NCBI GenBank assembly: GCA_000708835.1
Contig: DF236986.1
Coordinates: forward strand, 241,387 to 305,386
DNA: 64,000 nucleotides
Origin: Klebsormidium nitens
Lineage: Eukaryota > Plantae > Klebsormidiophyceae
Direction of reading: 5' to 3'
The position numbers were made by a program, and so were the translations under genes. The notes under the pieces are model-generated. The model was not told the origin of the DNA. It searched no databases and saw only the letters and a list, made by a program, of their open reading frames with translations. Of the stretch, positions 13,518 through 26,600 are shown one piece after another (position 1 is the stretch's first letter; each line of letters starts with the position of its first letter).

Positions 13518-14666
13518 ACAAGAGTAGATTGCACATATTTGCTGTAGTGTCCGCTTTCCTAAGTTCGATCACAAACAGCTAAGATGGTCACTTCTTTTTA
13601 TACACGCTTAGGCACCTGGGCCCATGGCGCAAGATGATACAACTAGTTTGAGCATGAACGATGATCCAATAACATGCATGCTCTGTGTGTATCATTGGCC
13701 TGCCATGCAAGATTTCTAGAAACAGGTGAACTGTAAGATACACTGCGGTAGTATACGGCCGGCCTGTGTATCAACTTAAGGGAGCATCTAAGCATGTGCG
13801 AGATTTCATGTGACGCAGTGAAGACTTCGTCGCTGTGCGGTTGTCATGTGCCGGCCCGCTGCCGCGCGCGTGCCACATGCAGCTCGCGAGCTCTGCGCAT
13901 CAATGTGGTAGTACGTACCGTTGCCGGTTGCGCCGTGCGGAGCCGCGAGCGAAACTTGAAAAGGCAGGTCGGAAATCGGCGAAACTCCGTACGTGCAATC
14001 GTACGCATCTGGACAAGATTACCATAGGGCAGCACTAGGTTACGCTTTTGTAACGTATTCGATTCCTGCAAAAGATGACCGGGAGACATCTAGTGAATTC
14101 CAGGTTTTCGAAAGGCCCTTGTTGCGGTTCCTTGTAAGCATTTTTCCTACTCACGAAGTAACTCATATGGAAAACACGAGTGTGGCCTCATAATTTCGGT
14201 TTGTCGTATGGTCAATCATGCAAGAAGCCACGGAGATATGGTAGGATCTGAACTTAACTCAACGCATCATTCGATGTGCAAGAAACACCATATGCTTGAT
14301 GTACGTTGAACGATGGCCTCCAAGCACAAATGATCTGCTCCCATGAGGTGCAGCAGATCAAAAGGGTCTCCCAGACGAAGTACATAACGCTCTTGTGTGC
14401 GGGTGGCAGTAATCCTAAGACGTCTGACAGGACGGAACCGACCGTGCTGACTCTAAATGCCGCAAACTTAATCTCTCTCAAGAAGCAGCTCTCAGTCAGG
14501 CCTGATGCAAAACTTGATAAACACGGGCCCTCGACGACATTGTTACGGGATACGGACTAATAGTATTCATAGGTCGCTAAGAAGATTGAACAAACTTACC
14601 AGAAGCGCCTCCTAGGTGACTCACGAGTAGGGATAATTATCATTACTAAGTAGCCTGCAGCTAAGC

Positions 14667-17600
14667 TCATTCAGCTAACGAGACGACGTTAAGCGCCATG
14701 CTTACAGCTTCCACGACCGCCGAAGCGTAGATCTCTTTCTGCTTGGAAGGGACCTCCGCCCCCTCCGCACTCAAGGCCCGAAGCAACACCTGACCGTTGA
14801 GCCTGTGTTGGTAGACGGTGTGGACAACGCCTACCAGAGTCCCAAGACTGCTGACGTGCTGCTTCCACTCCCCCTTTGCGAAATCAAAAATGATCATCCC
14901 GACGTCTGCGAATAGCAAGCCAACAAGGCACGCCATCAGGGCGTTGAAGTTCGGCCCCGACAGCCCTCCGAGCAGCTTATCAACGGCAATAAGAACCGGG
15001 TCCGTCCATCCGCCGGTGGGCAATTTCTTGGTTCTCTCTATGGTATACGCGTCTGCGAGGCCGCCAAAAGTGCGGATCGCCATGATGATCCCCGTGAGGC
15101 AGCTGATGGCCGCCACGGCCTTGTCCGTGCCCGACGGGGTGTCGATCGCTTCCTGGAACTTGTAGATCAGCATGACGGTCTGCGCGCCCAGCTCGAGCAG
15201 CGCGTCGGTCCCGACGAGCGGCCATTGCCAGCATCCGTCCAGATCCTTGCCCACCGTCGTACGAGTGGCGTCCAACACTAGCATGGTCGCCAGGTTGGTG
15301 AAGATGTGGGCCCCCTTCAGCACGCAGTAGCTGATCAAAATGGGCGTCTTCGGCACGTCCGTCAGCCTCTCCTGCTTTGCCACGTGCGAGCCGCCGAGCG
15401 CGAGCGCCATCCCGTTGCGGAGCGTGTCGCCGAAGTACTGCGCGAGCCCGGCCGCGTCGTCCGCGAACGAGGCGCCGTGTCCGGTGAGCAGTTCGGACGC
15501 CCACGCGTACGCGATGTGCGCGGCGAGGCCGAGCAGCAGGCACAGCAGGTCCAGGACCGTGAGCTCGTGCCCCGTGATCCACTTGTAGAGCATGCTGACG
15601 AACGGGATGTCGATCCCCGCGTCCATCGCACCGAAAACTGCGTCCACCAAATCTAGAAACGGGTTGCTCTTCAGCGCGTCGCCGCCCGCTCGCAACGCGC
15701 CGGTCACGATGTCCGTCACTTCGGACGCTTCCAGCGGAAACAGGTCGTCGAGCAGTTTGGGCAGGTCCAGGATGAGCGGCACCGCCGCCAGCACATCCCC
15801 GGACAGTAGGTCGTCCAAATCGGACAGCGTGCCCAGCAGCGCAGTCGCCAGCTTCGAGTGCGCCGGCTCGGAGCCGCCCGGCGGCACGATTGGGATGGGC
15901 CCGGGGGTTTGTGCGCCTGCCGGTGGGATCTGGTTGGTCGCCCGGTTCTGCATGGTTTTGACCCGGGAACTGGAGGCCTGACCGCACGCTTTCTGTCCGA
16001 AGTCGTTGTCGAGCAAGTTGTTGGACGGCGCCGGCAAGGCCGCGCTTGAGGGCCCCGGCGACAGCTTCAGGATCTCGCCCTCGCACAGCTTCACGACGCC
16101 TGCCAGGTTCGCGGGCGCGAGCATGCCCGCGAGCGCGCTCGCGCAGCCGCCGAGCAGCTCGCGCATGCGCGCCTTGGCCGCCAGGATGTCGCCCCAGTCG
16201 AAGAGGAGCATGAGGAACTGGACGAATTGCTCGATGAGCACCCCGATCTTCCTCACAAAGTCCACCACGGTACCCACCGCTTTCTCGACGCTGTCCACCA
16301 CGATCCTCGCGAGGCTCTCCGCCGTCTGCACGAACACCGTCACCTCGTTCTCGATCGCGACCACGATCTCGCGCGCCTTCTCGACCGCCTCCTCCGCGAG
16401 CCGCGCGGCCGCCTCCGCGGCCTCTTTGACCGCGTTCCACGCGTCGCTCACCCAAGAGAAGAACCCCTTGAGGACGCGCGCGGCCGCGTCGGGCCCTCGC
16501 CGCGCGCACTGCGCGGCAAGCTTCTCGGTGCGCGCGCGCACGTCCTCCCCGGTCTTGTGCAACGTTAGCTTCACCTGGTTCCCCTCCAGGAACTGCAACG
16601 AGAAGCCCTTGTACCCGTCCAAAGAGGCAGCAAGGCCCTCGACAGAGATGGCGGCTCTGCGGCGCGACTGCAGATGCACCGTCGTCGGCCGCGCGGGGAC
16701 TTCGTCGAGGGGGATGCTCAGCCGCGCGGACTGCGCGGTTGGCGCGTGGGGGTCAGCATTGGGGGGGCCGCCAGAATTCGCGCGCAGCCTTTTGCGAGGG
16801 GCCTTGGGGAGGGCTGCAAAAGGAGCAGGAGCGAGGTCGAAAACGAAGTCAACTTGCCTAGAGTCAGGAAGAAAAAGGTTCTATCAGCAAAGAGTATCCC
16901 AAAAAGATGCCGGCTCAAGAGGCCAGCCTATGACGGATAGAACAAAAACGAGATTAGAGGGTTAGGGTACTACATACATTTAATAAAGATTGGTTGAGAG
17001 AGGCCGGGAATAATTCGAAGGATCCTCAGTCACAATCAGACGTTGTCCGCTGAAGCGAACACTATTAAATCTATCATTCTGAAATTCCGTAAGGCGACCA
17101 AAGGCTGCAGAAGCGAAGTGCAAAAGCCTGCCGTCCTTTACAGTCCTGTTTCAACTCCGTTTGAGAAGGCGACTCAAATCGAAAGAGCCTGCACGTGCTC
17201 GTGTGTTCGGACCAAGCAAGCAGCTTCAGCACCTTACGGTAGTTCTGAATACCGGTTTCGCTTTAAAAGCCGTGTAAGAGGCGGTCCTGGTTGCGCTTTT
17301 AGAAGAGGCTCAACTAGAGATTAAATAACGCCGCAGAAGTTGCGCAGCTGCGTTTCGGTTTACACCCTCAAGCACTTTTGGGATCCAGTCCGAAGAGAAC
17401 CCTCCTTAATCGTTCGGATGTCCAAGTCCTTTCCCGTCCCTTATTTTTCGGACAGCGCTCACCAGGTGGAGGGTGCACCGCGGCCATGACGTGGCACATC
17501 GCTTGCGCCGCCTGGTCTGCTGTGGATTGCGGGACGTCTTTGTTGAGCAGCCGGTTGGTGGGTGGGGTCCCTGCGTCCTTCTGCTTCTGATATGCGGGGG

Positions 17601-20600
17601 ACCACGGTGGGGCGCGCTTCGGGTCGGTCAGCTGCGTGCCCTGCAGCCCATGGTTGCAAAACGCGTTGTTTGTGCGATCTATGCGCAATATGGGATCGCA
17701 AGCGGTTTGCAGAGAAGACTTCACACACTACCCCAGAGCTAAGCACTGGGAGGATTTGCAGAAGACGCGCTCAAGTTTGTGTGACTGTTCCCGATAATGG
17801 CAACACTGGCCTCTCTTGAACTTGTAGCTTTCTCATGATCCTATTTGCACCGTCCCAAGCCGGGAGATGTTACAGTGACCGAAAGTGTGCAGCCTCGCTC
17901 TTCAGCGAGAAGCGGAAAAACGAGAGGAACCATTCCGTATCAAAGTGCAAGGCTGCCAGAGGGAGTGACACCAGCTCTCTGCTCAATGAGGAGCCATTTC
18001 CTGAGGAACCAATGGCAAAGCTTACAGCTGTCAGTAGCCGAGAAGCACAAGGGCAGTGACTTGGAGCCCGGTCTCTCGTCCCGACTGAAGGAGCCGGGAA
18101 CAAGGGAAACGGTCCTTGCAGGATCGGAGCCGGGGACACTGTTGAAAAGGTCGGCTGTAACCGTCGGATGGTCTTCAGGTACTCAGGCGGACGCTTCAAT
18201 TTAGCCTCGTGGTCTTAGAAACAGAACTTACAAGTCGTCAGATCTTGCTTCTGAGGAAGCATCGAAGGCTGAGACTCAACGAGCACCGACGTGACACCGG
18301 CCCGACTGCAACCCCCTTCCAACGGCGTTCCCGGTTCCGACCGTGCGAGGACTGTTTCTCCTTGTCCCCGCTCTGAAGGAATAAACGAGGGATATGCCTT
18401 ACCGTTACTTTGGCCAGGCGCGCGTGCGCGCTCACGTCGGGCGAGATGAGCTGCCGCTCGCTGCGGTGCATGAACCCCGCCCAGACCGCGAGCTGGGGCG
18501 CGGTCGCGGCACCCGCGACAATGTGTAGCATGACGTCACCCTTGTTGTCGCTGACCGCAGCGAGAGCCACGTCGGAGCTGATGGGGTACTCCTTGTTTTT
18601 GTAGACCACCTGTAAGCGCAGGACGGGCAAGTGGATTTGGACACGCTCAGGAGGAACGCCCACGTGGCATGCCGGGCGCAGACGGCTTGTTGCAGGATCG
18701 GCAACGATTTGAAGCGCCTCAGGAGAAGCGCCCCTAAAACCAGGTGCACAGTGCCTGACGAGAAGTTCGCTTCTGTAAATTTCGCCCTGGCCCACAGTAT
18801 ATTTCGGAGAGAGGAGATGCTGCCCGTGCACTGAAGAGGTAGGCTTGCCACAGAATGTCAACAGCCCTCTGCTTTGAAGGTCCGGGATGAACGGATGGGG
18901 GACTTGAATCCGCCGGCCAGATCTCAAGCAGAAGCTGCTTTTTAAGGGCACACATTACGTGCTTCTAATAAGCGTGTCGTTTCGGCATGACAAGCAACGC
19001 CTGGCAGCTTGTGCTGCCTCGTATAGACGCCCGCGGGCTCACCGTTGTCTGGTCCGAGGCGTAGATGCGGAACTGCTCCCGCGCGCGGAAGCCGCCGTTC
19101 GCTTCCTGCGCGCGCACGTGCACCATGTAGACCGGCTTCGAGCGCGTCTCGTCAATTCGCGCGTCTGGCCCCTCCCCATAAGAGTAGTCCTCCTGCAGCT
19201 CGCACTGGACCAGCAGCTGCGGCGGTGGGGGCCGCTTCAATTTCTGCAGACGGGCGGAGAGACGATTGTGAGATTCATGACGGGGGAAGGGAAGAGTTGT
19301 GAGACCCAGCACGAGGAATGAAATGGTTGGGACGCGGCACGAGGAAAACGGAAAGATTGTATATCTGCAGGAGAGTACTTTTGGGGAGAAGCGCATAGCT
19401 TGCTGGGGTGAGACTTCTTTGCAACTGATCCCAGCCAACGGCTTGCTAAAAGTTGCCAGAAGAAACTCGAGAAACTTCACTCAGGGTCGTGAGGTAATCA
19501 GCGACCGGTGGGTAAGGCTTTGCATTGCGACTCCTTCAAAGCTCTTACATTGTTAACGAGACAGTCCAACAAGCGGAGTCAGACGCATGCGAGAGCTCGC
19601 GCCTTTCTACCCTCTGTCTGCTCCGACCAACCAGCCAACTGCACTCGTTCGAAGCAAGCACATAACTGGGGAGAGGAAAAAGCTGAGAAAGTCCTTGCTT
19701 TCAGCAAAGGCACGTGCCTCACCTGATTGAAGTCAAGAAAGATAAAGCAAGCCGAGATATGACAAGGTAACCACACTGGGACGGGTACGGTTAGTCTGGT
19801 GGTTAGGATAGGCCTGGGCGCGGAGCAGGTAAGCTTTTTGGGTTAGGGTTTTTAGTGTCGGTAGGAGCTTACTATTATCTTGCCTTATTATTATCTTTCT
19901 TGCGATTCATCCTCACCTGCACGTTATTCAGCACGTTTGCGTGGAACCGCTCGTGGGGGTCCGTCATAAACCCCGGCATGCGGAAGTCAAAGGAGGGGCC
20001 ATAGCCCATCTTTGGAACTTCGACGGTAAAGACCACCCGTCCTTTGCTGTCCGTAACGGGCCACACCGTGCCTTCCGGTGGCGTCCCGTCATCCTGCCAC
20101 GTGCCCTCCTGGATGGCCGTGACGCTGACGGGCCCTCCCCCCGTGTCCGTCGTCACTCGGACGGGGACAGCGTCCGAAGTGCCCAAATGCTTGACGTACC
20201 ACCAATGCAGGGGGTAACCAACTAAGGGGTCGCCATTTGCCGCAATTGCCTGGAAGAGAGCAAGTGAGAGAGGGCGATCGCAATCCTGGCCTGCAATTTG
20301 TGATTTGAGATGCTGAAGTTTCGTTGGATGTTCCACCCATGGTGAGCCTCTTTCATAACTGTCGAGCGGGCACAGCTGAAACGTTTTAGAACGACCGATT
20401 CTCTGGCGGGAGAATGAGCAGCAACAATTCCTTGGAAGCTCCGGCCTCCACATGGACTTGAAGTTTCTGAATGATGCACAAAGCAAGCCTCAAAAGGGCG
20501 CCACGCCATCACAGCAAACTTAAGATCCTTTCTTGAGAAACGGCCCGTTCAGGAGCCGCCATGTTGCACAAAATCTCATGCCTGCAAACTGGGTTTGCTA

Positions 20601-23600
20601 GCGAGCCTGACCTTCACCGTCAGCTCGTAAACAGCCGGCCTGCCTTCCTCCTCGCCCGGGTCCGTGCACACCGCCGTCGTTTCCAGCCACGGGTACGTGG
20701 GCTGCACGAAAGGCAGGTCGGACAGCCACCGCCCCGCGCCCGCGACCGTCGCAGCCGTTCCGTCCGCGCTAAGCAACACGCCGTTGAGTCCGCCCAGCGT
20801 GTTGTCGGTCAGGCCCTGCAGGCGGAACGCAGGATTTTGAATGGCTGGGGGACAAGCGGCCAGGCTGTCACCATCGTCCATCTGGTCAACGTCGACAAAT
20901 GGACGGCTCAGATTTGTCCTTTTTGGGTCAAGAGCAGGGGCCGGCCAAGCTTGCGAGTCTGATCCTGGTCGGTAACAGCTAACGCCCAAATGCACTCTCA
21001 GACTGGCTTCATTAGGTGAAGATCGGACGGCTGTGACAGCGTTTCGGAAATTTCAATATTGTGCGGGCCGCGTGCCTGGTAGTCGAAGTTCCAGTAGGCG
21101 AGCAGGTCCGCCTCGTTGCCGCGCAGCTTGGTGTGCATCGCGGACGCCAGCTCGATGGGCGTCCGAAACGTGTCCCAGATTCGGACCTCGCCGAGCAGGC
21201 CACGGAAGAGCGACCCGGGTAGCGGGGCGGCTCCGGGAGACTGTGCGTCCGCACCGATGTAGATCAAGGTGCGTCCCTTTGGCAGGAGCTTGCCGGGAGA
21301 AGCCGTAGCGGTGATCGAGACTGGGGCGCTTGCGGGAACCAGGTTGCCGTCCAAGTAGATGCTGCGGATAAACCACTGCGATGAGTAAGTGCGCGGCCAA
21401 GCAGCATGCGGATGGACGTGCATCTTGCAGCTTGCATCGTTCGTACAAAAAGGGAGTGAGCAGGCGAGCCAGCTCCCAAATCGAGTGCGCAATTTAAGGA
21501 ATTGGCCTCCATGACTGCAGAATTACACATTCTACACAAGAGAGTGAAGGTGGGACTCAGCTGCATTTCTTTAGAGGTTTGAGTTCTCTTGCCAGGGCAG
21601 CTCCGAGCTTACGGTGGTCCAGGGAGACAATGAATGCAAGCACAACTTTTCACTCGGTCCGTGTCAACAAACTGGCGCCAAGATTGCGACGTCAACAAGT
21701 GCTATATTCTCAAAAGCAGCAGGCCATACTTTATTACCTGTTCCTCTTTGACTCCTGATAATCTAGAAGATCTCAGACTTCAGAACGGAAGAAGAAGACC
21801 GCGTGTAGAGCGAACGGCATGAGAAGCTACGAAAAGAAACGAAGCGGGAAAGGGCCGTACTTCAGGGCGTCACCCGGTTTTCTGACGGCCGCCACGTGGT
21901 GCCACACGCCGTTGTTGACTGCCGTTCGGACTGTGCTCACAGCAACCGTCTTCCATGCGGTTGAGGTAACTTCCGAGGTGCAACTACAAGACAAGCAGAG
22001 TCTCTGTTAAGCCAACTCTATTGTCAAAACTCTGCTGTCGAAAATTTGTTGCCAGAACAAAAACAGGGTTTTGACCGCCTCAGTGTGTACTTACCGAATC
22101 CGAGCAGGTGGGGTAAGCACCTTAACACGAAAGTGCACCGAAAATGAGCTGGCTGCGGGAACGTGCTCAACTGGAGGAGCGGGTATGAGACAGGCACGGC
22201 TTGTCTGCTCAACAAAGCAACGGAGCTAACGATCACTGCGAATCGAAGAGAACAACGATTGCCAGCTTTCTTGTTCTTACAGACTCGAAGCTTGTCGCTT
22301 CCTCCGAAGTGATTGCATCGCCGAGCGCAGAGGTTTGGGATAACGGCCTCACAAAGCAAGCTTTTCAACAAGGAGATCTGCAACCCGCAACTCTCTTGAG
22401 GCCGCATCTCACGTGAATTGGATACTGCCGGCATCGAGCAGCCGGAGAGAGATGCCGAAGGGCGAGTCCTCCGCAGGGCACACCGACAAGAGCTCTCCTT
22501 TGCTGACGGTGTTCACCCAGGCCTCCACCGTCACTGACTCCTGCTCTAATCCGGTTCCTTGAGCCACGTCGATTGCGACGAAAGCAGGCGCACCTGCACA
22601 AGAAGACGTTTCGAACTGCGATTAGAAATGCATTTCGCTTGAGTGCTGTGATCTTGAGCTGGCAGGCTCGATGTGAAGCTGCCAGGCTCGACTGAGAGTT
22701 ACCCCAGGAGTGCTTTGATTTGAGCTTAGACAAGTCGATGCGAAGACTGCTGCTTCAAGTAAAGTAACTTGCCACAAGCACGGCCTGTGTCAAGTGTCAA
22801 GAAAGCTGTCAAGGAGTCGGCACGATGGCTGCCAGCACACGCCGTTATGGACTATATGCCGATGTTCGAATGCCACAGGAATTTGGTCTTGTCTCGAAAA
22901 ATTACAAATGTTTGTGCAGGACTCCAGACTTCTAAGCAGGGTGAGCTCACCTCAACCCCAGGCTGCATTCTAAAACATCTTGAAAGCCTACGACAATTGT
23001 TTCAGACGACTGAATTAAATGAGATACCAACAGTTGCCATCCGGCCCCACCTTTGGCGGGCTGTCCCAGCGCATTTGCGGTCTGGTCCGTGTTGAGTCCG
23101 AGCGTCCGAGTGGCGCCAAACGCCACCGACTGCAGCGATCCGTCGTCGCTTATTGCCAGCTGCAGCTTGCCATCTTGCGTCTGACGGCCGACCACGTCAC
23201 ACGACCCGAAAAAGATGGTCCCGCTGCGCGCGTCAACGGTCAGCGGCGTGGTGATGCAACTAGGCACGGGGAGAAGCGCCAGCAAGTAGCCGTCGCGAGC
23301 ATCCAGGACTGCGACGAGGCCCGACCGCACCGCTGTGTAGACGTGTGTCAGCAGAAGGAAGTGTGACTTATTTCGTCAGGGATCTGCAAGCAACGGCACT
23401 CAGACGTTCGAGAAGAGGAGCTAACCCTTCGAAAAGGAGGAGCAAGCAAAGAAGCAGCCTTTCTGCAATCGTCCTGCTAGGGAAGTTTGTGCACACCATG
23501 TGAAAGAGAGACATGTCCGACCCGTTTGCAATGTAGAATACTGAAGGGCTCATCATGACGTTCTCGGTAGTACGGTTGAGGGACTTGTTTGTGGATTAGT

Positions 23601-26600
23601 GGACCAAAAGCGCTGCGCAGTTTACCTCTTGGTTGAAGATCTGCGGCGGCAGCAGCCCGTCGTCCAATAGCGTTGCGCCACGTGGCGGGCTCCCCTTCTT
23701 CGCCCCAGCCAGCCCCGCCGGCAGCTTGCGTGTCCAGCGTAGGTCCAGCGTGCCGCGTGAGAAACCGGCAACGATTCCGGCAGACGTTGTGGCGACCAGC
23801 AGTTGGAGGTCCTGGCTTGCAGCAAGGCCAGTGATGGTGCCGAGGTCGCCGTCCAGCGGTCCTCCCTTTCGAAACACGCCTGCACGCAAGCACAGCAACA
23901 ACAGGCCATCAGTTGCAATTTTCGAACTGAGTGAAAAAATCTGCGAGTTCGGGATGCACGATCCTGTTTTCAAGGCGGTCAAGACTTAAAACTCGGGCTG
24001 ATTTTAGGTGGTAGGATTGAAGCGGATACAATTTGCGGATGATGATTACCGAAAAAGAAAGGAAAGGCTTGCCAAGCTGCTTCTTACAAGCTTCATCGAT
24101 TGTGAAGCTTGAAAGAATCTCCGGGTTTGCAGCTAATGCCAGGTTGGAGGAAGAAGAAGGACGCGAGTGCCTTGAACTACAAAATTGAAGTTCGAAAAGA
24201 AAAAAAAACGACCCTAGCGCTGCTCCGAACAGAGCGTTATACATTTGCAAAGGTGAAGCCTCTTGCTGTGTACCCAATATGACCGTCTCTCGGATGACAT
24301 GTCTGCATTATCAAAAACGTTCTTAGCAGAAGATTCAAGTGCTCCGAACCAACAGTCCTAAGTATTGAACGTGGCTCAGGGATCAATGCATCTTCCTGCA
24401 ACCTGCTCCCTTGAGAAGAAAACGACCGTTTCAGCATTGCTAAATCATAGGCGTGCTAACCCTGCTGTTTACAATCAACTATCCGTTCCAGTCTCTGCGC
24501 AGATCTAGTCGCTCTACGGTTCCTTTTCTGACGAGTTGTTTCTCACCTGCCGTCCACGAAAAAATCTGCTTCCCAGCCCTGTCCACGAAAAACAGTGCGC
24601 CCGACTCCGCACACGCCAAACCCAGGTTGTCGCCCGTTATCTGGTTAGCATCCGACAAGGGAGTCGCTGGTTGGAAGGACCAGATCGATTCGCTATACAC
24701 CGCGTAGCAGGTGCTGAGTCGAGCCGCAGACTCGTCCGCGTAGAGGCCTCGCAGGCCGGAGGCTGGCAGCCCCTTTGGCGTCCACCACTCGTTCTCTAGA
24801 GGAGAGTCGTCTCCCGGGCCGGTACGAGGCTTGGGAGTACGCACGTGCACACCGCCCTACAGAAAATTGGAAAAAAAAAGTCCTTTTCCTTTGGTATCTT
24901 ATGAGCCTACTCACAACCAGCAACTTGGTCAGATATGATGGTAAATCAGAACGGCTGCTTCGTGAAACAGGGCTGACCAAAGGGGTGGTTCTTGAAGGCC
25001 AGCGGTGCATGGGAGGTTGAGTCTCACAGTTGCTCTAGCGCAATTTCCCAAGAGCTGTCTTCAAGCACGCTGATAGCCTCTTACTTTAGGTAAATCTGCG
25101 GATATTTTTATATGGTAAACGCAAGAGACCGTTCCGACCTATCGCCAGAAGGACTCGATGCTCAAATGGCCCTCCTCACACAACCCCGACCATCCAGAAG
25201 GCAATTCAGAGCGTGTTTTCGGTTTGATGAAAAACAATTCTGCCTGTGCGATGCGAAGAGTGAGAAGAACTAGACGGGCGCGTACCTGCAGGTCAGCGAC
25301 CACCAGCATGCTTCCGCTGATGACAGGCGCAACAAACTCGCCGCTCTCTCCACCAGCGCTCAGCCCCTCCAGGCCTGGCACCACTCTTTGCTCTCCCGAC
25401 GCTGCGTCGATCGCCAGCAGACCGTCACCGGCCGTCATGACGTAGAACGAACCGTCATGTACCGCTGGCGCCGAGGAGGCGCTCTCCAAATCGAGCGCCC
25501 ACGCGCGCTGCCCGTCCACCGCATGCACGCCGTACAGCGCGTTGCCCGTCCGGAAGCACAACACGTTCGTGCGGACGTCCAAAAACCCCCCGCTCGCGGG
25601 CGCCTCCTCGCCCTTGGCCGCCCAGTGCGCGGCGTAGCTGTAGGGCCACGTGGGCTGGGCCTGGTTAAGCAGGTAGGGGAAGGCGCTCTTGTCCAGGGAC
25701 AGGTCTGTGAACGCGATCTGGAGTGAGTTGCAGGCGGGTTTGGTTCCGCTAACCCGGTTCTCGATATCCTCGACCGCACTCTCGTCGAGCCGTAAGAGGG
25801 CGCTCAGGCGTGGCTCTGCGCCCGTGAGCTCGACCCCCATACGGCTCAGCAGCTTGGGGGCCTCCACTGCGAGGTCCCAAATCCGGACGTCCTTGATCAG
25901 TCCACTGAAGAAGCTGCCCGTAGTGCCCTGCCAGGCAGCGCACCCGATCTGCATACACCAGAAAGGCAACGGGTCGGCGACTGATATTGTGGTGGGAGGG
26001 CCGTCAGAGTCAAACATCTCAGCCTGCGGTGCTGTTGACAAGGAGACTCCTCACTTACAAGCACGAAGTGTGACCGGACTTTTATTCTCCAACAATCGTA
26101 AGAGAGGGGTTGCGTCAAGAATAGTCTCCAAACAAGGGGCTCAGTCAAAGAGTTGTTCGAAGGAACTGCGCGGTTGCTTGAGTAGCTGAGGAAGACACGT
26201 CGAAAGAGAGGGCCCAGCAGTCAGGTCCTACCAGTGACTCAAGCTCACCGTAATTTGAAGCGGCTCAGACACGGGCAGGAGGCCGTATGTGCTTTGAATT
26301 GCAGTAGTAGGGTCGTCATTAGATGAGAGTTTGAGCGCGACGCCATCCAGAAAGAGAGCGGGCTGGCCCTGCCGTCGCATGGCAGCCACGTGGTGCCACC
26401 TAAGAGACGGAGCAGCGATGCTTGAGCGCAAGATAGAAGCGAAGAACAAGCTATTAACCATATTCGATGATGGGCAGGAAAGATACAGGCCCTGTTTCAG
26501 ATACGTCAGACGGTTTCCCCTCATTTCTTCTCAAAAGTCCTTTCTTTGACAGAAACAATACCCTGCGCAGATTGATAGTGAGGGACAGGCTTGCAACGAT

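Noticed and set aside
13794-14100. GC-rich CpG-dense patch as a structured RNA or element end
   Set aside because: No tRNA/rRNA/snRNA signature, TIR or helitron terminus could be identified by eye.
14980-16965. Long overlapping ORFs (14980-16509 -, 16006-16965 +, 15306-15656 + and others)
   Set aside because: Shadow or antisense frames of a very GC-rich exon. They are Arg/Gly/Ala-rich with no motifs, and the true frame is 16813-14667.
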